From positions 160,001 through 224,000 of the forward strand of contig JBBTCT010000022.1 of assembly GCA_038060895.1 (NCBI GenBank): a stretch of 64,000 nucleotides of DNA, read 5' to 3'. Made by a program: the position numbers and the translations under genes. A model generated the notes under the pieces. It did not search any database and had not been told where the DNA came from. It was given only the letters and a program-made list of their open reading frames with translations. This stretch comes from Planctomycetota bacterium (GTDB taxonomy: Bacteria > Planctomycetota > MHYJ01 > WSZJ01). This document shows positions 1-9,610 of this stretch, piece by piece (within the stretch, counting starts at the first letter, position 1; each line of letters opens with the position of its first letter).

Positions 1-135
1 TACCTGTTCGTGGTGTCGCCGTGGCTTGCCGGCGGGACGCTCGCCTTCGCGGTGGTCGTGGCGGTGATTGCCGGGCTTTACCCCGCGTGGCGCGCGGCGC
101 GGCTGGATCCGGTGGCGGCGCTACGGAGCCTGTAA
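1..135 (+). CDS. ABC transporter permease (FtsX/MacB family), C-terminal fragment
   Basis: Frame 1 reads ...VIAGLYPAWRAARLDPVAALRSL*, the typical MacB/FtsX permease C-terminus; truncated by the window edge. Confidence 0.85.
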   Translation, partial: YLFVVSPWLAGGTLAFAVVVAVIAGLYPAWRAARLDPVAALRSL

Positions 136-162
136 GGCAGCGGGCGAGCAGGCGAGCGGGCG

Positions 163-200
163 AAAAAAAAACGGCCTTCCGAATTTCGGAAGCCGTTTTG
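163..200. terminator. Bidirectional rho-independent terminator
   Basis: aaaacggccttccgaa-t-ttcggaagccgtttt hairpin with A and T tails between convergent genes. Confidence 0.6.
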
Positions 201-248
201 TCTTTGCCCGCCCGCCGGCCCGCCCGCCCGCGCGAAGCGCGCCCGCCC

Positions 249-1544
249 TCACATCGTGAACCCCGCCTCCGCGCCCTTCCACCACTCTTCCCACTTCTTG
301 ATGAACGGCGGCCGATCCCCCGGCTCCCCGGGGACGCGCCCCTGGTCCTGCTTCGTGAACGTCTTCAGCAGCTCGTTGGCCGCGTTCGCCATCGCAATGT
401 CGTCTTCCTTGAGCGCGTTGACGAGCGCCGGGATCACCTGCTTCCCGAATCTCCGGATGTCCGCGACGGCTTTCTCGCGTTCTTCGAAAGTTCCTCGCGC
501 ATAGTTCGAGAGGAGCTGCGGCAGGTCGCGGCGCATCGCGCCTTCACTGACGCCCCCGGGCGGTCTCACCGGAGGATTCACAGGAGGGTTCACCGGCGGA
601 TTCCCGGGAGGATTCTCCGTGACCGGCCCGCCGCTCTCGCCCGTGAACTCCGCAACGCTCACCAGCTGCGCCACCTGGCCCTTCGGCTCGTCCACCCACC
701 AGTGCCGGTACTCCATGATCATCGCAGCGCGGCTCGAGGAATCGACGAAGAGCCCCTCGGGAATGCTCGGACCACCATGGACAGCGCGGTCGACGATGAT
801 GCGCGAAGCGTTGGCGATGTCGGGGTCGCTGGCCCACTTGCCGACGAGGCACGGGATGAGCGGCCTACCGTGGCGCAGCAGCTTGGACGCCGTCCGCCAG
901 AACACCTGGTCAACCGGATGGCTCTTCAGGATCGCCAGCGTCGTAATGACCTCGGCGTCGATCGCCGGATCCGCATCCCAGCCCGCGTCCACCGGCGGCT
1001 TCGGCTTCTCCACCGCGGGAGCTCCCTTCGCTTCTTCTTTCTCCGCCTTCGCCGCAGCCGCCGCGAGCTTCTCCTTCTGCGCCTTCTTCTTGTCCTCGGC
1101 GCTCGGCTCCTTCATCAGGAAGACAACAGCCCCGATGATCGCCAGCGCCGCCACGCCGATGCCGCCGAAGATCATCATCTTCTCGCCGCTCTTGTCCTGC
1201 ACCTCAGGCGCCGCCTGCGAAGCCCGCCGGATCGCGCGCGGGTCCGTCGTCGGGTCGAGCGCGCCCATGCCGACCGCCTCGTTGACGATGCGCATCTTCG
1301 CCGACATCCCGCCGCCGCCCCCGCGCGCCGAAGGACTGCGCGAAGAGCGCGTCGTGCCGCCGCGCGAGGACCGGTGCGTGTTGCCCCTCGAAGCCGTCTT
1401 CGCCGGCGCCGCAGCCGCAGGCGCCCCGCCCGGGATCGTCACGATCGTGTTGCACTCGGGGCACTGGAAGCGGTCGCCGGGGTCGTACCCGGAGCCGTCG
1501 TACTCGGCCTTGCAGCCGGGGCAGTTGACCATGCCTTCACTCAT
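249..1544 (-). CDS. Zn-ribbon, single-TM, HEAT-repeat protein
   Basis: N-terminal CPGC...CPEC, TM helix (MMIFGGIGVAALAIIGAVVFL), C-terminal HEAT-like IPALVNALKEDD. Confidence 0.7.
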   Translation of the reverse strand: MSEGMVNCPGCKAEYDGSGYDPGDRFQCPECNTIVTIPGGAPAAAAPAKTASRGNTHRSSRGGTTRSSRSPSARGGGGGMSAKMRIVNEAVGMGALDPTTDPRAIRRASQAAPEVQDKSGEKMMIFGGIGVAALAIIGAVVFLMKEPSAEDKKKAQKEKLAAAAAKAEKEEAKGAPAVEKPKPPVDAGWDADPAIDAEVITTLAILKSHPVDQVFWRTASKLLRHGRPLIPCLVGKWASDPDIANASRIIVDRAVHGGPSIPEGLFVDSSSRAAMIMEYRHWWVDEPKGQVAQLVSVAEFTGESGGPVTENPPGNPPVNPPVNPPVRPPGGVSEGAMRRDLPQLLSNYARGTFEEREKAVADIRRFGKQVIPALVNALKEDDIAMANAANELLKTFTKQDQGRVPGEPGDRPPFIKKWEEWWKGAEAGFTM

Positions 1545-1685
1545 GGGGCAGTCCTCGATGGCGCCGGGACAGCGGCGGACCTGTAAGTTTGCGAAGTAGA
1601 GGGGGAGAGGCGCAAGAAGGAAAGCGATCGGAAGAGGGGGTTAACGTTTTTTATGCGATCGCGACCGGGCATGCCCCGGAAAACG

Positions 1686-1743
1686 GAGAACTTCAACTCT
1701 CGAGTTTCAAGCAATCTTGAAACTTGAAGGTTGAAGTTCTCCG
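1686..1743. repeat. Heptamer-based palindromic intergenic repeat (TTGAAGG/TTGAAAC units)
   Basis: ggagaacttcaact...ttgaaacttgaaggttgaagttctcc; related copy at ~49409-49552. Confidence 0.6.
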
Positions 1744-1753
1744 TTTTCCGTCG

Positions 1754-2734
1754 CTACCTGCCCTCCGCCACCCGCCTCGGCATTTCTTTCCCCATCGCCA
1801 TCTCTTCCCGCGCCGCATCCAGCTCCCCGCGCAGCTTCCCGTTCTCCCTTTCCAGTCGCGCCACCCTCTCCCGGAGCGAATCCAGCATCCCGCCTTCTTC
1901 CCCTTCATCCTCGCCCGGCTCTTTCTCCCCTTCCTTCGGTTCCACTTTCTTCGGCTCTTCCTTCTTCGGCCCCGTCCCTTCTTCCCCTTCCCGCGCCCCC
2001 GGCGGCGGCGTCTCTCCTCCGCCCGTCAAACTCCGCGGCGCCACGCCCTCCGCGATCGCCTTCAGCTCCGGATCCTCCGGCCGCACCTTCAGCCCCCGCT
2101 CCGCCGACCGCTTCGCATCCGCATCCCGCCCCACGCTCCACGCCGCCTGCGCCTTCATCTTCACGACGTGATACCGGTCGGTCTTGGGAAGCGCGTAATC
2201 CGACACGCGCGACAGCTCCGCGAGCGTGCTCTCCATGTCGTTCTTGTCGTAAGCCTCGTACGCGCGGATCGCCGCGCCGAGCGTCGAGTCGGTGAAGTGC
2301 TTGTCGGACATCACCTCGAAGTCGTAGATCTCGATCCACGGCTGCCCCGCGAAGACGGACTTCACTTCTCCCCACACCATCAGCCACGAGTACCGCGGCG
2401 TTCCCAGGAAGTCCGCCAGCCACTCGCGGTTCCGGCGGATGAAGAGGTTCGTGAAGACGTCCTGCCGCTCCTTCGAAATAAAAACCTTCGTCTCCGCCCC
2501 CCACCCCGACACCTGCGCGTGCTGCTCCGCCGTGAACGCCGTGTGCACCGGCGCGTACAGGTCCTCCGTCTTGTTCAGCCGGCACTTGAACGTCACGCGC
2601 GTGTTCTTGAACCCGTTGGGGTTGTTGCGGATCTCGCGAAGCGAGACGTGGGCGAAGTTGCCGTCGCCCGCGGGCGCCGGAACGGCGAACATCAGAAGCG
2701 CGGTTACGGCAATTCCCAGGCGTTGAAGAAGCAT
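1754..2734 (-). CDS. Exported hypothetical protein (OB-fold-like N-terminus, TPR-like middle, coiled coil)
   Basis: Signal peptide; VSLREIRNNPNGFKNTRVTF is OB-fold-like; acidic linker. Confidence 0.6.
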   Translation of the reverse strand: MLLQRLGIAVTALLMFAVPAPAGDGNFAHVSLREIRNNPNGFKNTRVTFKCRLNKTEDLYAPVHTAFTAEQHAQVSGWGAETKVFISKERQDVFTNLFIRRNREWLADFLGTPRYSWLMVWGEVKSVFAGQPWIEIYDFEVMSDKHFTDSTLGAAIRAYEAYDKNDMESTLAELSRVSDYALPKTDRYHVVKMKAQAAWSVGRDADAKRSAERGLKVRPEDPELKAIAEGVAPRSLTGGGETPPPGAREGEEGTGPKKEEPKKVEPKEGEKEPGEDEGEEGGMLDSLRERVARLERENGKLRGELDAAREEMAMGKEMPRRVAEGR

Positions 2735-2844
2735 CGCGTGCTCCGGAAAGTGAGCGCTTGAAACGGCTTGCGAACGACTCTAGTGTGGTGCTTCTCAATG
2801 TCAAGGCCGCTCCATCCTCCACCCCCGAGGGTCGTTTAACAGGC

Positions 2845-3882
2845 ATGCCCCTCCGCCGTCACCGCCGCAACCGCGGCATCGTCCTCCTGCTCGTCATGCT
2901 CATCCTCCTCGTGCTGAGCGTTGTGATGCTGCAGCTCGCCTTCAGCGCCGAGGTCACCATGCGCGCCGCTTCCAATCTCAACCGCGACCTCACAAACCAG
3001 GCGACGCTTCGAAGCGGCCTGCAAATCGCGCGGCTGATGATCAAGGCGGACATCGAGGGGGATCTGGCGGAAGCGCCGACGCCGCCGCTCGATCACCTCG
3101 GGGAGTCACTGATGCAGGACATCGCGCCGTTTGCGATGAACCCGGGCACGGATCCGACTTCGCTGTACCTGAAAATTGAGGACGAGGAGGGGAAGTTCTA
3201 CCTGCCGGCGCTGGTGGACGCGAACGGCGTCGTGGTGCCGGACGAGAAGGACCGGCTGGCGCGGATGCTGGAGTACGCGGCGATCGGGGACGTGGACACG
3301 GCGGACCGGATTGCGGCGGCGATGGACAAGGAGGACAAGAACACGTTCGACAAGGAAGTGCCGAACCGGAAGCTGTACACGCTGAAGGAGCTGCTGGGCG
3401 TGCCCGGGATCACGGACGAGCACTTCTACGGCAAGACGGTGGCGACGGAAAAGCAGTACGGGCTCGCCGACGTGCTGACGCTCTACGGCTCCGGCAAGGT
3501 CAACCTCAACACCGCCCCGAAGCCGGTCCTGATGTCGATGTCCACTTCCATAGGCGTTTCCGACGTGGACGGGATCGTCAACGCGCGCGAGTCGGCGGAC
3601 GAGGAAGGGAACCCGCAGGTGTTCCAGAGCGTGTCGTACGACGAGCTGAGCCGGAGCGGGATGTCCGAAGAGACGCACGCGACGCTCTCAGGGCACGTGA
3701 CGGTGCGATCGAGCTGGTTCCGGGCGAGGATGCTGGCCAGGACCGGCAGCGTGCAGCGTTGGGCGTCCGCGGTCATCCAGCGCATCAATGCGACGACGAA
3801 GCTCGTTCTCTGGGAAGACGATCTGCGGTTTGCGCCGGATCCGGAAGAGCTGAAGGTGCAGGAGGAGGCGCTCACCAAGTAG
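2845..3882 (+). CDS. gspK: Type II secretion minor pseudopilin GspK
   Basis: RG-IVLLLVMLILLVL prepilin site, IEDEEGKFYL, GKVNLNTAPKPVL and VRSSWFR motifs. Confidence 0.85.
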   Translation: MPLRRHRRNRGIVLLLVMLILLVLSVVMLQLAFSAEVTMRAASNLNRDLTNQATLRSGLQIARLMIKADIEGDLAEAPTPPLDHLGESLMQDIAPFAMNPGTDPTSLYLKIEDEEGKFYLPALVDANGVVVPDEKDRLARMLEYAAIGDVDTADRIAAAMDKEDKNTFDKEVPNRKLYTLKELLGVPGITDEHFYGKTVATEKQYGLADVLTLYGSGKVNLNTAPKPVLMSMSTSIGVSDVDGIVNARESADEEGNPQVFQSVSYDELSRSGMSEETHATLSGHVTVRSSWFRARMLARTGSVQRWASAVIQRINATTKLVLWEDDLRFAPDPEELKVQEEALTK

Positions 3883-3965
3883 GGGGCAGGAGGACGTGGG
3901 TAGGACGTAAGAACGGCATAGCCAGCTAGTGGAACGTCAAGCTTGTTTTCGGAGGTCATGAAAGC

Positions 3966-4031
3966 GTGCCTGGTGTCTTGTGCCTTGTGCGAGTTTTCAC
4001 GCGAGGCACCGGGCACGAGACACGAGGCACT
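3966..4031. repeat. Heptamer palindromic intergenic repeat (GGCACGA/GGCACCA units)
   Basis: gtgcctggtgtcttgtgcc...ggcaccgggcacgagacacgaggcac; related copy at 20458-20546. Confidence 0.6.
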
Positions 4032-4187
4032 TCCCGGAAAAGCGAACTACCACAATCAACCCTGACGCTCCACGAGGTCGGCAGGTCGTTCCTACCCCCT
4101 ACCAACCACCCCCTACCCACTACCGTTGACGCGGCTGTCCCGCAATCGGTACACTACTTGGCTCCCCTTACCCCGTCGGGTACGCAA

Positions 4188-4937
4188 ATGCCAAGGCCTC
4201 TCTTCGCCGGAAACTGGAAGCTGAACCTGCTCCGGGCCGGCGCGGTCGAGCTGGCGGCGGCGCTTCGGAAAGGGCTGGAAGGGGAGACGAAGGTGGACGT
4301 GGTGGTATGCCCCCCGTACACGGCGCTGGTTGCGGTGTCGGAAGTCCTGAAGGGGTCGGCGATTGGGGTGGGAGGGCAGGACCTGTCGTGGCAGGACTCG
4401 GGGGCGTTCACCGGGGAGGTGTCGGGGCCGATGCTGGCGGATCTCGGGTGCCGGTGGGTGATCGTGGGGCACTCGGAGCGGAGGCAGTACTTCGGCGACA
4501 CGGACGAGCTGGTGGGAAAGAAGCTGCGCTCGGCGCAGAAGGCGGGGCTGGAGCCGATTGTGTGCGTCGGCGAGCGCCTCGACGAACGCGAGCGGGGCGT
4601 GACGAAGGAGGTCGTCGGGCGGCAGCTGGACGGCGCGCTCGGCGGGCTCTCGAAGGACGAACTGAAAAAACTGACGGTCGCCTACGAGCCGGTGTGGGCG
4701 ATCGGGACGGGTAAGGTCGCGACGCCCGAGCAGGCCCAGGAAGTCCACGCGTTCATCCGCGGACGCCTCCTGGCGCTGTCCGACGCCGCGACGGCAGGGG
4801 AGGTGCGGGTGCTCTACGGGGGAAGCGTGACCCCCGAGAACGTCCGCGGCCTCATGGAAAAGCCGGACGTCAACGGGGCGCTCGTCGGCGGGGCGAGCCT
4901 GAAGGCGGAATCATTTCTCAAGATCGCGAGGGGCTGA
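4188..4937 (+). CDS. tpiA: Triosephosphate isomerase
   Basis: AGNWKLN, IVGHSERR, AYEPVWAIGTG, LYGGSV and GALVGGASL motifs. Confidence 0.98.
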   Translation: MPRPLFAGNWKLNLLRAGAVELAAALRKGLEGETKVDVVVCPPYTALVAVSEVLKGSAIGVGGQDLSWQDSGAFTGEVSGPMLADLGCRWVIVGHSERRQYFGDTDELVGKKLRSAQKAGLEPIVCVGERLDERERGVTKEVVGRQLDGALGGLSKDELKKLTVAYEPVWAIGTGKVATPEQAQEVHAFIRGRLLALSDAATAGEVRVLYGGSVTPENVRGLMEKPDVNGALVGGASLKAESFLKIARG

Positions 4938-4938
4938 C

Positions 4939-5271
4939 ATGGGCGCGCTCGTCATCATCCTGACCGTCGTCTTCGTGCTGTCCTGCCTGGCGGTGACGTT
5001 CCTCGTCCTCATCCAGCCGCCCCATTCCGACGGCGGCTCCGGCCTCGCCGGCGCCTTCATGGGCGCAGGCGGCGACTCGTTCTTCGGCACCAAGGCGATG
5101 ACGATGGCCGGCAAGATGACGATGTTCCTGTCGGTCCTGATCGTGGCGCTGGCCATCACGATCAACAAGATCGACAAGAAGCCGACCGGACCGACGGGCG
5201 GATCACTGCTGAAGGGAAGCGTTCCCGAAGGCACGCCCGAGAAACCGCCCGCCGAAGAGCCCCCGAAGTAG
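4939..5271 (+). CDS. secG: Preprotein translocase subunit SecG
   Basis: Two TM helices, LVLIQ...GLAGAFMG; directly after tpiA. Confidence 0.9.
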   Translation: MGALVIILTVVFVLSCLAVTFLVLIQPPHSDGGSGLAGAFMGAGGDSFFGTKAMTMAGKMTMFLSVLIVALAITINKIDKKPTGPTGGSLLKGSVPEGTPEKPPAEEPPK

Positions 5272-5284
5272 GAGCAAGCCGCCC

Positions 5285-6163
5285 GTGCGCAGCATGACCG
5301 GCCACGGACAGGCCCGCTCTCACGACGCGCAGGACGCCGTCGAGGTCGAGGTCCGCAGCGTCAATCACCGGTACCTCAAAGTCCACGCACATCTGCCCGA
5401 AGCCTACGCGTACCGCGAGGGCGAGATCGAGGAACTGGTGCGCGAGAACGTGAAACGCGGCGCGGTGGACGTGGACATCCGCGTCACGAGCGCGCCGGAC
5501 GAGAACGCCGAGCCCTTCGATGTCGAACTGCTGAAGGTCTACAACAAGAAACTGAAGGCCGTCGGAAAGAAGATCGGCACCGGCTCGAAAGTGTCCCTGG
5601 AGTCGCTGCTCACGCTTCCCGGAGTCATCCGCCGCGACAGCGGCAAGAGCGGCGCGGAGCGCGTCTGGCCGAAAGTGGCGAAGGCCGTGAAGGAAGCGCT
5701 GAAGGACCTCGAAGCGGCGAGGAAGCGTGAAGGCGACCGGCTGAAGAAACCGCTGACGTTGATCCTGCAGGAGATGGCGAGGCTGCTCGAGGAAGTGCGC
5801 GGGCTCGCGCCGGGCGTTGTGGAGCAGTACCGGGACCGGCTGAAGGAGCGGGTCGCGCGCCTTCTGTCGGGGAACGACCCGCCGATCCCGGCGCCGGATC
5901 TGGGAAGGGAGGTCGCGCTCTTCGCGGACCGTTGCGACATCAGCGAAGAGATCGCGCGGCAGGAATCGCACCTGAAGGAGTTCGGGGACCTGATGTCGAA
6001 AGGCGACGACCCCGGCCGGCGTCTTGATTTCATCAGCCAGGAAATGCTGCGCGAAGCGAACACGATGGGTTCGAAAGCGAACGACTCGCGGCTGACGTCG
6101 CGGATCGTGTCGATGAAGGCAGAGATTGAGAAACTGAAAGAGCAGATTCAGAACATTGAATAG
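5285..6163 (+). CDS. yicC: YicC/YloC family endoribonuclease
   Basis: RSMTGHG, RSVNHRYL, GRRLDFISQEMLREANTMGSK, EQIQNIE. Confidence 0.95.
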   Translation: MRSMTGHGQARSHDAQDAVEVEVRSVNHRYLKVHAHLPEAYAYREGEIEELVRENVKRGAVDVDIRVTSAPDENAEPFDVELLKVYNKKLKAVGKKIGTGSKVSLESLLTLPGVIRRDSGKSGAERVWPKVAKAVKEALKDLEAARKREGDRLKKPLTLILQEMARLLEEVRGLAPGVVEQYRDRLKERVARLLSGNDPPIPAPDLGREVALFADRCDISEEIARQESHLKEFGDLMSKGDDPGRRLDFISQEMLREANTMGSKANDSRLTSRIVSMKAEIEKLKEQIQNIE

Positions 6164-6183
6164 TCGGGCTGTTGTCGTTGCCC

Positions 6184-6291
6184 TATCAGCGCGTATCAGC
6201 GCCTGATCGCGTTTTATCTGCGCAACGCCTTTCGTTCGAAGGAACGACGTTGCGCAGATGAAAAAGCGATCAGGCGCTGATACGCGCTGAT
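6184..6291. repeat. Long intergenic inverted repeat (~45 bp arms)
   Basis: tatcagcgcgtatcagcgcctgatcgc...gcgatcaggcgctgatacgcgctgata. Confidence 0.75.
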
Positions 6292-6408
6292 ACGACGAAG
6301 AAGAAGCCGTCCCTTGAGAGACACACTGAGGTGACCCCTGGTACCGATCAAAAGACGGCCCACGACGTCCTCACCGACGCCGCAGGGACTCTGTCCCGGG
6401 AGCGCGGA

Positions 6409-6972
6409 ATGACCGCGGGTCGCCTCATCGTCATTTCGGGCCCTTCAGGCGTCGGCAAGACCACGATCTGCCACGCCCTCCGCGGCCGCGGCCGGATCGT
6501 GCGTTCCGTGTCGGCGACGACGCGCGCCCCGCGGCCCGGCGAAGTGACCGGCCGCGACTATTTCTTCCTGACGCGGGAGGAGTTCATCGCGAAACGCGAC
6601 GCCGGCGGGTTCCTGGAGTGGGCCGAATACGCCGGCAACCTTTACGGCACCCCGAAAGACTTCGTCGAGAACCAGACGAAGGAAGGCAATTTCCCGCTTC
6701 TGGAAATCGAAGTCCAGGGCGTCGTTCAACTGCGCAAGCAGGGCTGGCCGGGCGTGTACGTCTTCATCGCCCCGCCGTCGATCGGCGACCTGCGCAAGAG
6801 GCTGGAAGGGCGCGGCAACATGCCCCAGGAAGTGATCGAGCGCCGCATCAAGGTGGCCGAGGAAGAACTCAAGCACCGGGAGCTCTACGATTTCACGGTC
6901 GTGAACGACACGATCGACCGTGCGCTCGCAGAGGTCCTGGAAGTCCTGGACAAGAAACTCAAGAAGGAGTGA
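6409..6972 (+). CDS. gmk: Guanylate kinase
   Basis: SGPSGVGKT P-loop, SATTRAPRPGEVTGRDYFF, YGTP; the start may be upstream at 6331. Confidence 0.96.
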   Translation: MTAGRLIVISGPSGVGKTTICHALRGRGRIVRSVSATTRAPRPGEVTGRDYFFLTREEFIAKRDAGGFLEWAEYAGNLYGTPKDFVENQTKEGNFPLLEIEVQGVVQLRKQGWPGVYVFIAPPSIGDLRKRLEGRGNMPQEVIERRIKVAEEELKHRELYDFTVVNDTIDRALAEVLEVLDKKLKKE

Positions 6973-6976
6973 CCGC

Positions 6977-7204
6977 ATGATTGCTGCAAAGATGAAGATC
7001 GAAGACGCCATCCGCAAGGCGGGCGGGCGTTTCAAGCTGACCACGCTGATCCAGAAGCGCCTGCAGGAGCTCAACAAGGGAGCGCCGGCGCTGGTGGAGA
7101 TGCCGGGCAAGCCGATGATCGACATCGTGCTTGAGGAGATCCTGACGGACAAGATTGCGCTCGTGACCGAGCAGGAATTGAAAGATCAGCTGCTGCAGGG
7201 GTAG
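6977..7204 (+). CDS. rpoZ: RNA polymerase omega subunit
   Basis: GGRFKLTTLIQKRLQELNKG...IVLEEILTDKI; follows gmk. Confidence 0.9.
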   Translation: MIAAKMKIEDAIRKAGGRFKLTTLIQKRLQELNKGAPALVEMPGKPMIDIVLEEILTDKIALVTEQELKDQLLQG

Positions 7205-7216
7205 ACCTTTTCGGAG

Positions 7217-7303
7217 TTACACGGAGGGCGCAGAGTTCACGGAGGACACGGAGACGAAATTTCATTCTCTGTGACCTCTGTGATCTCCGTGACCTCTGTG
7301 TAA
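7217..7303. repeat. Nonamer palindromic intergenic repeat (CACGGAG/CTCTGTG units)
   Basis: ttacacggagggcgcagagttcacggag...ctctgtgacctctgtgatctccgtgacctctgtgtaa; related copy at 10255-10347. Confidence 0.65.
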
Positions 7304-7325
7304 AAACGGAAAGATCAGCGACTCG

Positions 7326-7895
7326 ATGACCACGAAACGAATTGTTATCGGCGTCTGCGGCGGCATCGCCTGCTACAAGGTGTGCGATGTCGTGTCGCTT
7401 CTCTACCAGCGCGGCTTCGACGTCACCGTCATCATGACCGCCGCGGCTCAGAAGTTCGTGAAGCCGTTCACGTTCCAGACTCTCTCGCACAAGAAGGTCT
7501 ACACCGACCTCTTTGACGAGACCCAGCACGACCCTTCGCATATCTACCTCGCCGACAACGCGGACCTTTTCCTCATCGCGCCCGCGACCGCCGACATCAT
7601 CGCGAAGCTCTCCATCGGCATCGCCGACGACCTCCTCTCCACCTGCGCCCTCGCCCTCAAGGCGCCCCTCATGATCGCGCCTTCCATGAACGACAACATG
7701 TGGAACCACCCGACCGTGAAGGCGAACCTCGCCACCCTCGGCTCGCGCGGCGCTTTCTGCGTCGCCCCCGACGTCGGCTACCTCGCCTGCGACCGCGTCG
7801 GCACCGGGCGGTTGCCGGCGCCCGATGCCATCGTCGCCGCCGTTGAAAAACTGCTCGGGCCCGGACCGGGGCGCGCGTTCCCCGCGGGAAAGTAG
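7326..7895 (+). CDS. coaC: Phosphopantothenoylcysteine decarboxylase (CoaC, HFCD flavoprotein)
   Basis: GGIACYK, IAPATADIIAK, APSMNDNMW, LACDRVGTGRL. Confidence 0.93.
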   Translation: MTTKRIVIGVCGGIACYKVCDVVSLLYQRGFDVTVIMTAAAQKFVKPFTFQTLSHKKVYTDLFDETQHDPSHIYLADNADLFLIAPATADIIAKLSIGIADDLLSTCALALKAPLMIAPSMNDNMWNHPTVKANLATLGSRGAFCVAPDVGYLACDRVGTGRLPAPDAIVAAVEKLLGPGPGRAFPAGK

Positions 7896-7900
7896 TCGCC

Positions 7901-8527
7901 GTGCGCATCCTCATCACCGGCGGCCCGACGCACGAATACCTCGATCCTGTGCGCTGCCTTACGAATCCGTCCACGGGGCGGATGGGAATGGCGCTGGCGC
8001 GGGCTTCCGCGAAGCGCGGCCACTCCACCGTGCTCGTGACCGGGCCCACGATGTTTCCGGACCCGAAGGGCGTGCGCGTGATCCGTGTCGTGAGCGCGCT
8101 CGACATGGATCGGGCGGTGCGGCGCGAGTTCCCGAAGTGCGACGCCGTGATCGGAAGCGCCGCGGTGTCCGATTACCGGCCCGAGGAGGAGGCCGCTTCC
8201 AAGATCAAGAAGGGCCCCGCGACGATGACGTTGCGCCTCGTGAAAAACCCCGACGTCCTCGGCGGCTGCGGCGAGCGCAAGGGGAAGCGGCTGCTGGTCG
8301 GATTCGCGCTGGAAACCGACTGCGGCCTGGAAAACGCGGCGGACAAGATGCGTCGCAAGCACCTCGACCTCGTCGTCCTCAACGGCCCGGAATCCTTCGG
8401 CGCTGACCGCATCGGCCCGACGTTCCTGACGCCGGATGGGAAGCGGAAGGCGTTCGGGGCGATGACGAAGAACCGGCTTTCGGCGCTCATCGTGGAATTT
8501 GTCGAGAAGATCGGGCTGAGTCGCTAG
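7901..8527 (+). CDS. coaB: Phosphopantothenate-cysteine ligase (CoaB)
   Basis: ILITGGPTHEYLDPVR, NPSTGRMG, AAVSDYRP, VGFALET. Confidence 0.93.
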   Translation: MRILITGGPTHEYLDPVRCLTNPSTGRMGMALARASAKRGHSTVLVTGPTMFPDPKGVRVIRVVSALDMDRAVRREFPKCDAVIGSAAVSDYRPEEEAASKIKKGPATMTLRLVKNPDVLGGCGERKGKRLLVGFALETDCGLENAADKMRRKHLDLVVLNGPESFGADRIGPTFLTPDGKRKAFGAMTKNRLSALIVEFVEKIGLSR

Positions 8528-9534
8528 CGCGGCCGGCGTCCCGCCGCTTGCAGTACGGACAGTGCTTCGACTGTGACCCACTCATTCATCGCGCGCCGGC
8601 TGGTCCCGCCCCAGTCGACCCGATCGGCGCCGAGCGTTAAGGCTTGCCCCACTTTGTAGTACCGCTTCTCTGCGGGCCACCCACCGTCTTCCAGCCGCTT
8701 CGACTCGAGCAGGTCCAGCGCCGCCGCGCAGCGCGCGTCCTTCACGAACCCCGCCGCGGCCATGACGCGCAGGCCAGCGAGGATGTCGTAATGCCAGTAA
8801 GAGGGGAAGTGGAGCAGCGAGAATTCAGGGTGAATGGGTTTGCCGGTGGAGCGGCGCTTGAAAAGGTGCCGTGAGAGCAGCACGTCGGAGGCTCGCGCGG
8901 CGGCCAGGCGTGCCGGCTTCGAAGACTTTTTCCGCGCGTAGAGCGCCAGGCCGCGAAGCGGCCAGATGGTCTCGACGAAACTCGACGTGTCTGCGGAAGG
9001 ATTCTTGTCGCAGTTCCAGCCGCCGTCCGGCCACTGCCAGTGGAGGAGCCGTTCGACGAGCCGGGGGACGCGTCCGTCGTCGAGGCCGAGCGCGAGGATC
9101 GCGAACAGCGCGTTGCCCTGTTGCGACGCGCAGCGGCGGTGGCGGCCCTGCATGACCGGGACGCCGTGCTTGCCGTACGCCTGAGAAGAGGACTTCGCTT
9201 CGAACTCCGCGAAATAGAACGGGTCGAGCCAGGCGTCGAGGACCTGGTCGCGGACCGGGAAAAGCGCGCCATCGCCGGGCGGGTACCCGAGTTCGGCGAG
9301 GTGAAGGAGGACCCAATGGGCGCCCTGCCACTTGGCGTAGGGATGTCGCGCAGGCTCGACGCGTCCCTCCCTGTCCCGCGCGGAGAGCAGGGCTCGGACA
9401 CGCGGCGAGCGGCGGATTTCCTCCCGAAGCGCTCGGTTCGTCGGCGAAGTCGCCGATTCTCCGAGGACGCGCACCCGCATTCCCCATCGGACAGACGGTT
9501 CCGCGCTGTCCAGGAGACGATCTACAACCGGCAT
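8524..9534 (-). CDS. Prenyltransferase/squalene-cyclase-repeat-like alpha-alpha barrel protein
   Basis: QWPDGGWNC and DGGWP repeats, FPSYWHYDIL. Confidence 0.65.
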   Translation of the reverse strand: MPVVDRLLDSAEPSVRWGMRVRVLGESATSPTNRALREEIRRSPRVRALLSARDREGRVEPARHPYAKWQGAHWVLLHLAELGYPPGDGALFPVRDQVLDAWLDPFYFAEFEAKSSSQAYGKHGVPVMQGRHRRCASQQGNALFAILALGLDDGRVPRLVERLLHWQWPDGGWNCDKNPSADTSSFVETIWPLRGLALYARKKSSKPARLAAARASDVLLSRHLFKRRSTGKPIHPEFSLLHFPSYWHYDILAGLRVMAAAGFVKDARCAAALDLLESKRLEDGGWPAEKRYYKVGQALTLGADRVDWGGTSRRAMNEWVTVEALSVLQAAGRRPR

Positions 9535-9610
9535 CGCCGTCGCGCCTCGGCGCATCCGATTCGCTCCTCTGGTTCCAGGTCCGGGAGATGACGTTATCAT
9601 CTCGCCGCGT

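Noticed and set aside
21-1586. Long alternative-frame ORFs (e.g. 21-1586, 8825-10963, 12805-14985, 17390-19360, 45671-47338)
   Set aside because: Arg/Pro-rich antisense or off-frame shadows of real genes, as expected in high-GC DNA
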